Of a stretch of DNA of 64,000 nucleotides, positions 63,836-64,000 are shown in pieces. The notes under the pieces were generated by a model, which worked only from the letters and a program-made list of their open reading frames with translations, was not told the DNA's origin and did no database searches. The stretch's first letter is position 1, and each line of letters begins with the position of its first letter. Origin of the DNA: a virus; IMG/VR virus record IMGVR_UViG_3300021170_000008, positions 32,001 through 96,000 of that record, one strand, 5' to 3'. A program made the translations under genes and the position numbers.

Positions 63836-63909
63836 TGGAGCGGATGGCGAGAATCGGACTCGCGTCTTGAGTTTGGAAGACTCAGGCCCTACCACTGGAC
63901 GACATCCGC
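63836..63909 (-). tRNA. tRNA-Gly(TCC)
   Basis: TGAGT-CTTCCAA-ACTCA; CCA. Confidence 0.85.
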
Positions 63910-64000
63910 CCTAACTTAGTCTGCTCCGCTTGCGCCGGTCGCATCCGATACCGACGCCAGCATCATCGCTTCAACAGCGTCAGCAAAATCGTCTTGCTCG

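Noticed and set aside
1-64000. Genome-wide UAG reassignment suggested by the stop in the RF-like gene
   Set aside because: Several genes end normally in TAG (6976, 9300, 12363, 21703), long ORFs are intact in code 11, and there is no CTA-anticodon tRNA in the window.

Overview
A 64-kb segment of a tailed dsDNA phage or phage-like element. It looks podovirus-like: terminase, portal, scaffold, capsid, adaptors, a 1480-aa tail hub-like protein and ejection-type proteins are present, with no tape measure or sheath. The host is probably Acidobacteriota-like, inferred from a PEP-CTERM protein and a small RRGRP basic nucleoid-type protein. The + strand (1-21.7 kb) holds small early genes, a replication module (DUF1376-type initiator, DnaB, RusA), an RLIG1/DUF5565-type RNA ligase, glycosyl- and methyltransferases, a Ro60/TROVE protein and an AAA+ ATPase. 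The - strand (21.7-56.6 kb) holds the morphogenesis genes with HNH insertions. The - strand from 56.6-64 kb holds an array of 29 tRNA genes (19 amino acids, no Thr) plus HNHs, a release-factor-like gene and tRNA-like RNAs. The main finding is that the Ro60 gene is flanked by five Y RNA-like genes. All five share a covarying Ro-binding stem and an internal TTAYCT motif but carry different payloads: two permuted tRNA mimics, one four-hairpin module and two minimal A-rich loops. Other highlights: the last beta-strand of the tail hub protein appears to be supplied in trans by two different proteins; an RF-like gene has GGG instead of GGQ and an in-frame UAG; three unrelated proteins end in (K/R)LRAIEL; a -10-only late promoter motif (TCCGATAAT) co-occurs with a region-2-only sigma factor; and there are protamine-like micro-ORFs. 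All calls come from reading the sequence by eye; no searches or folding programs were run.
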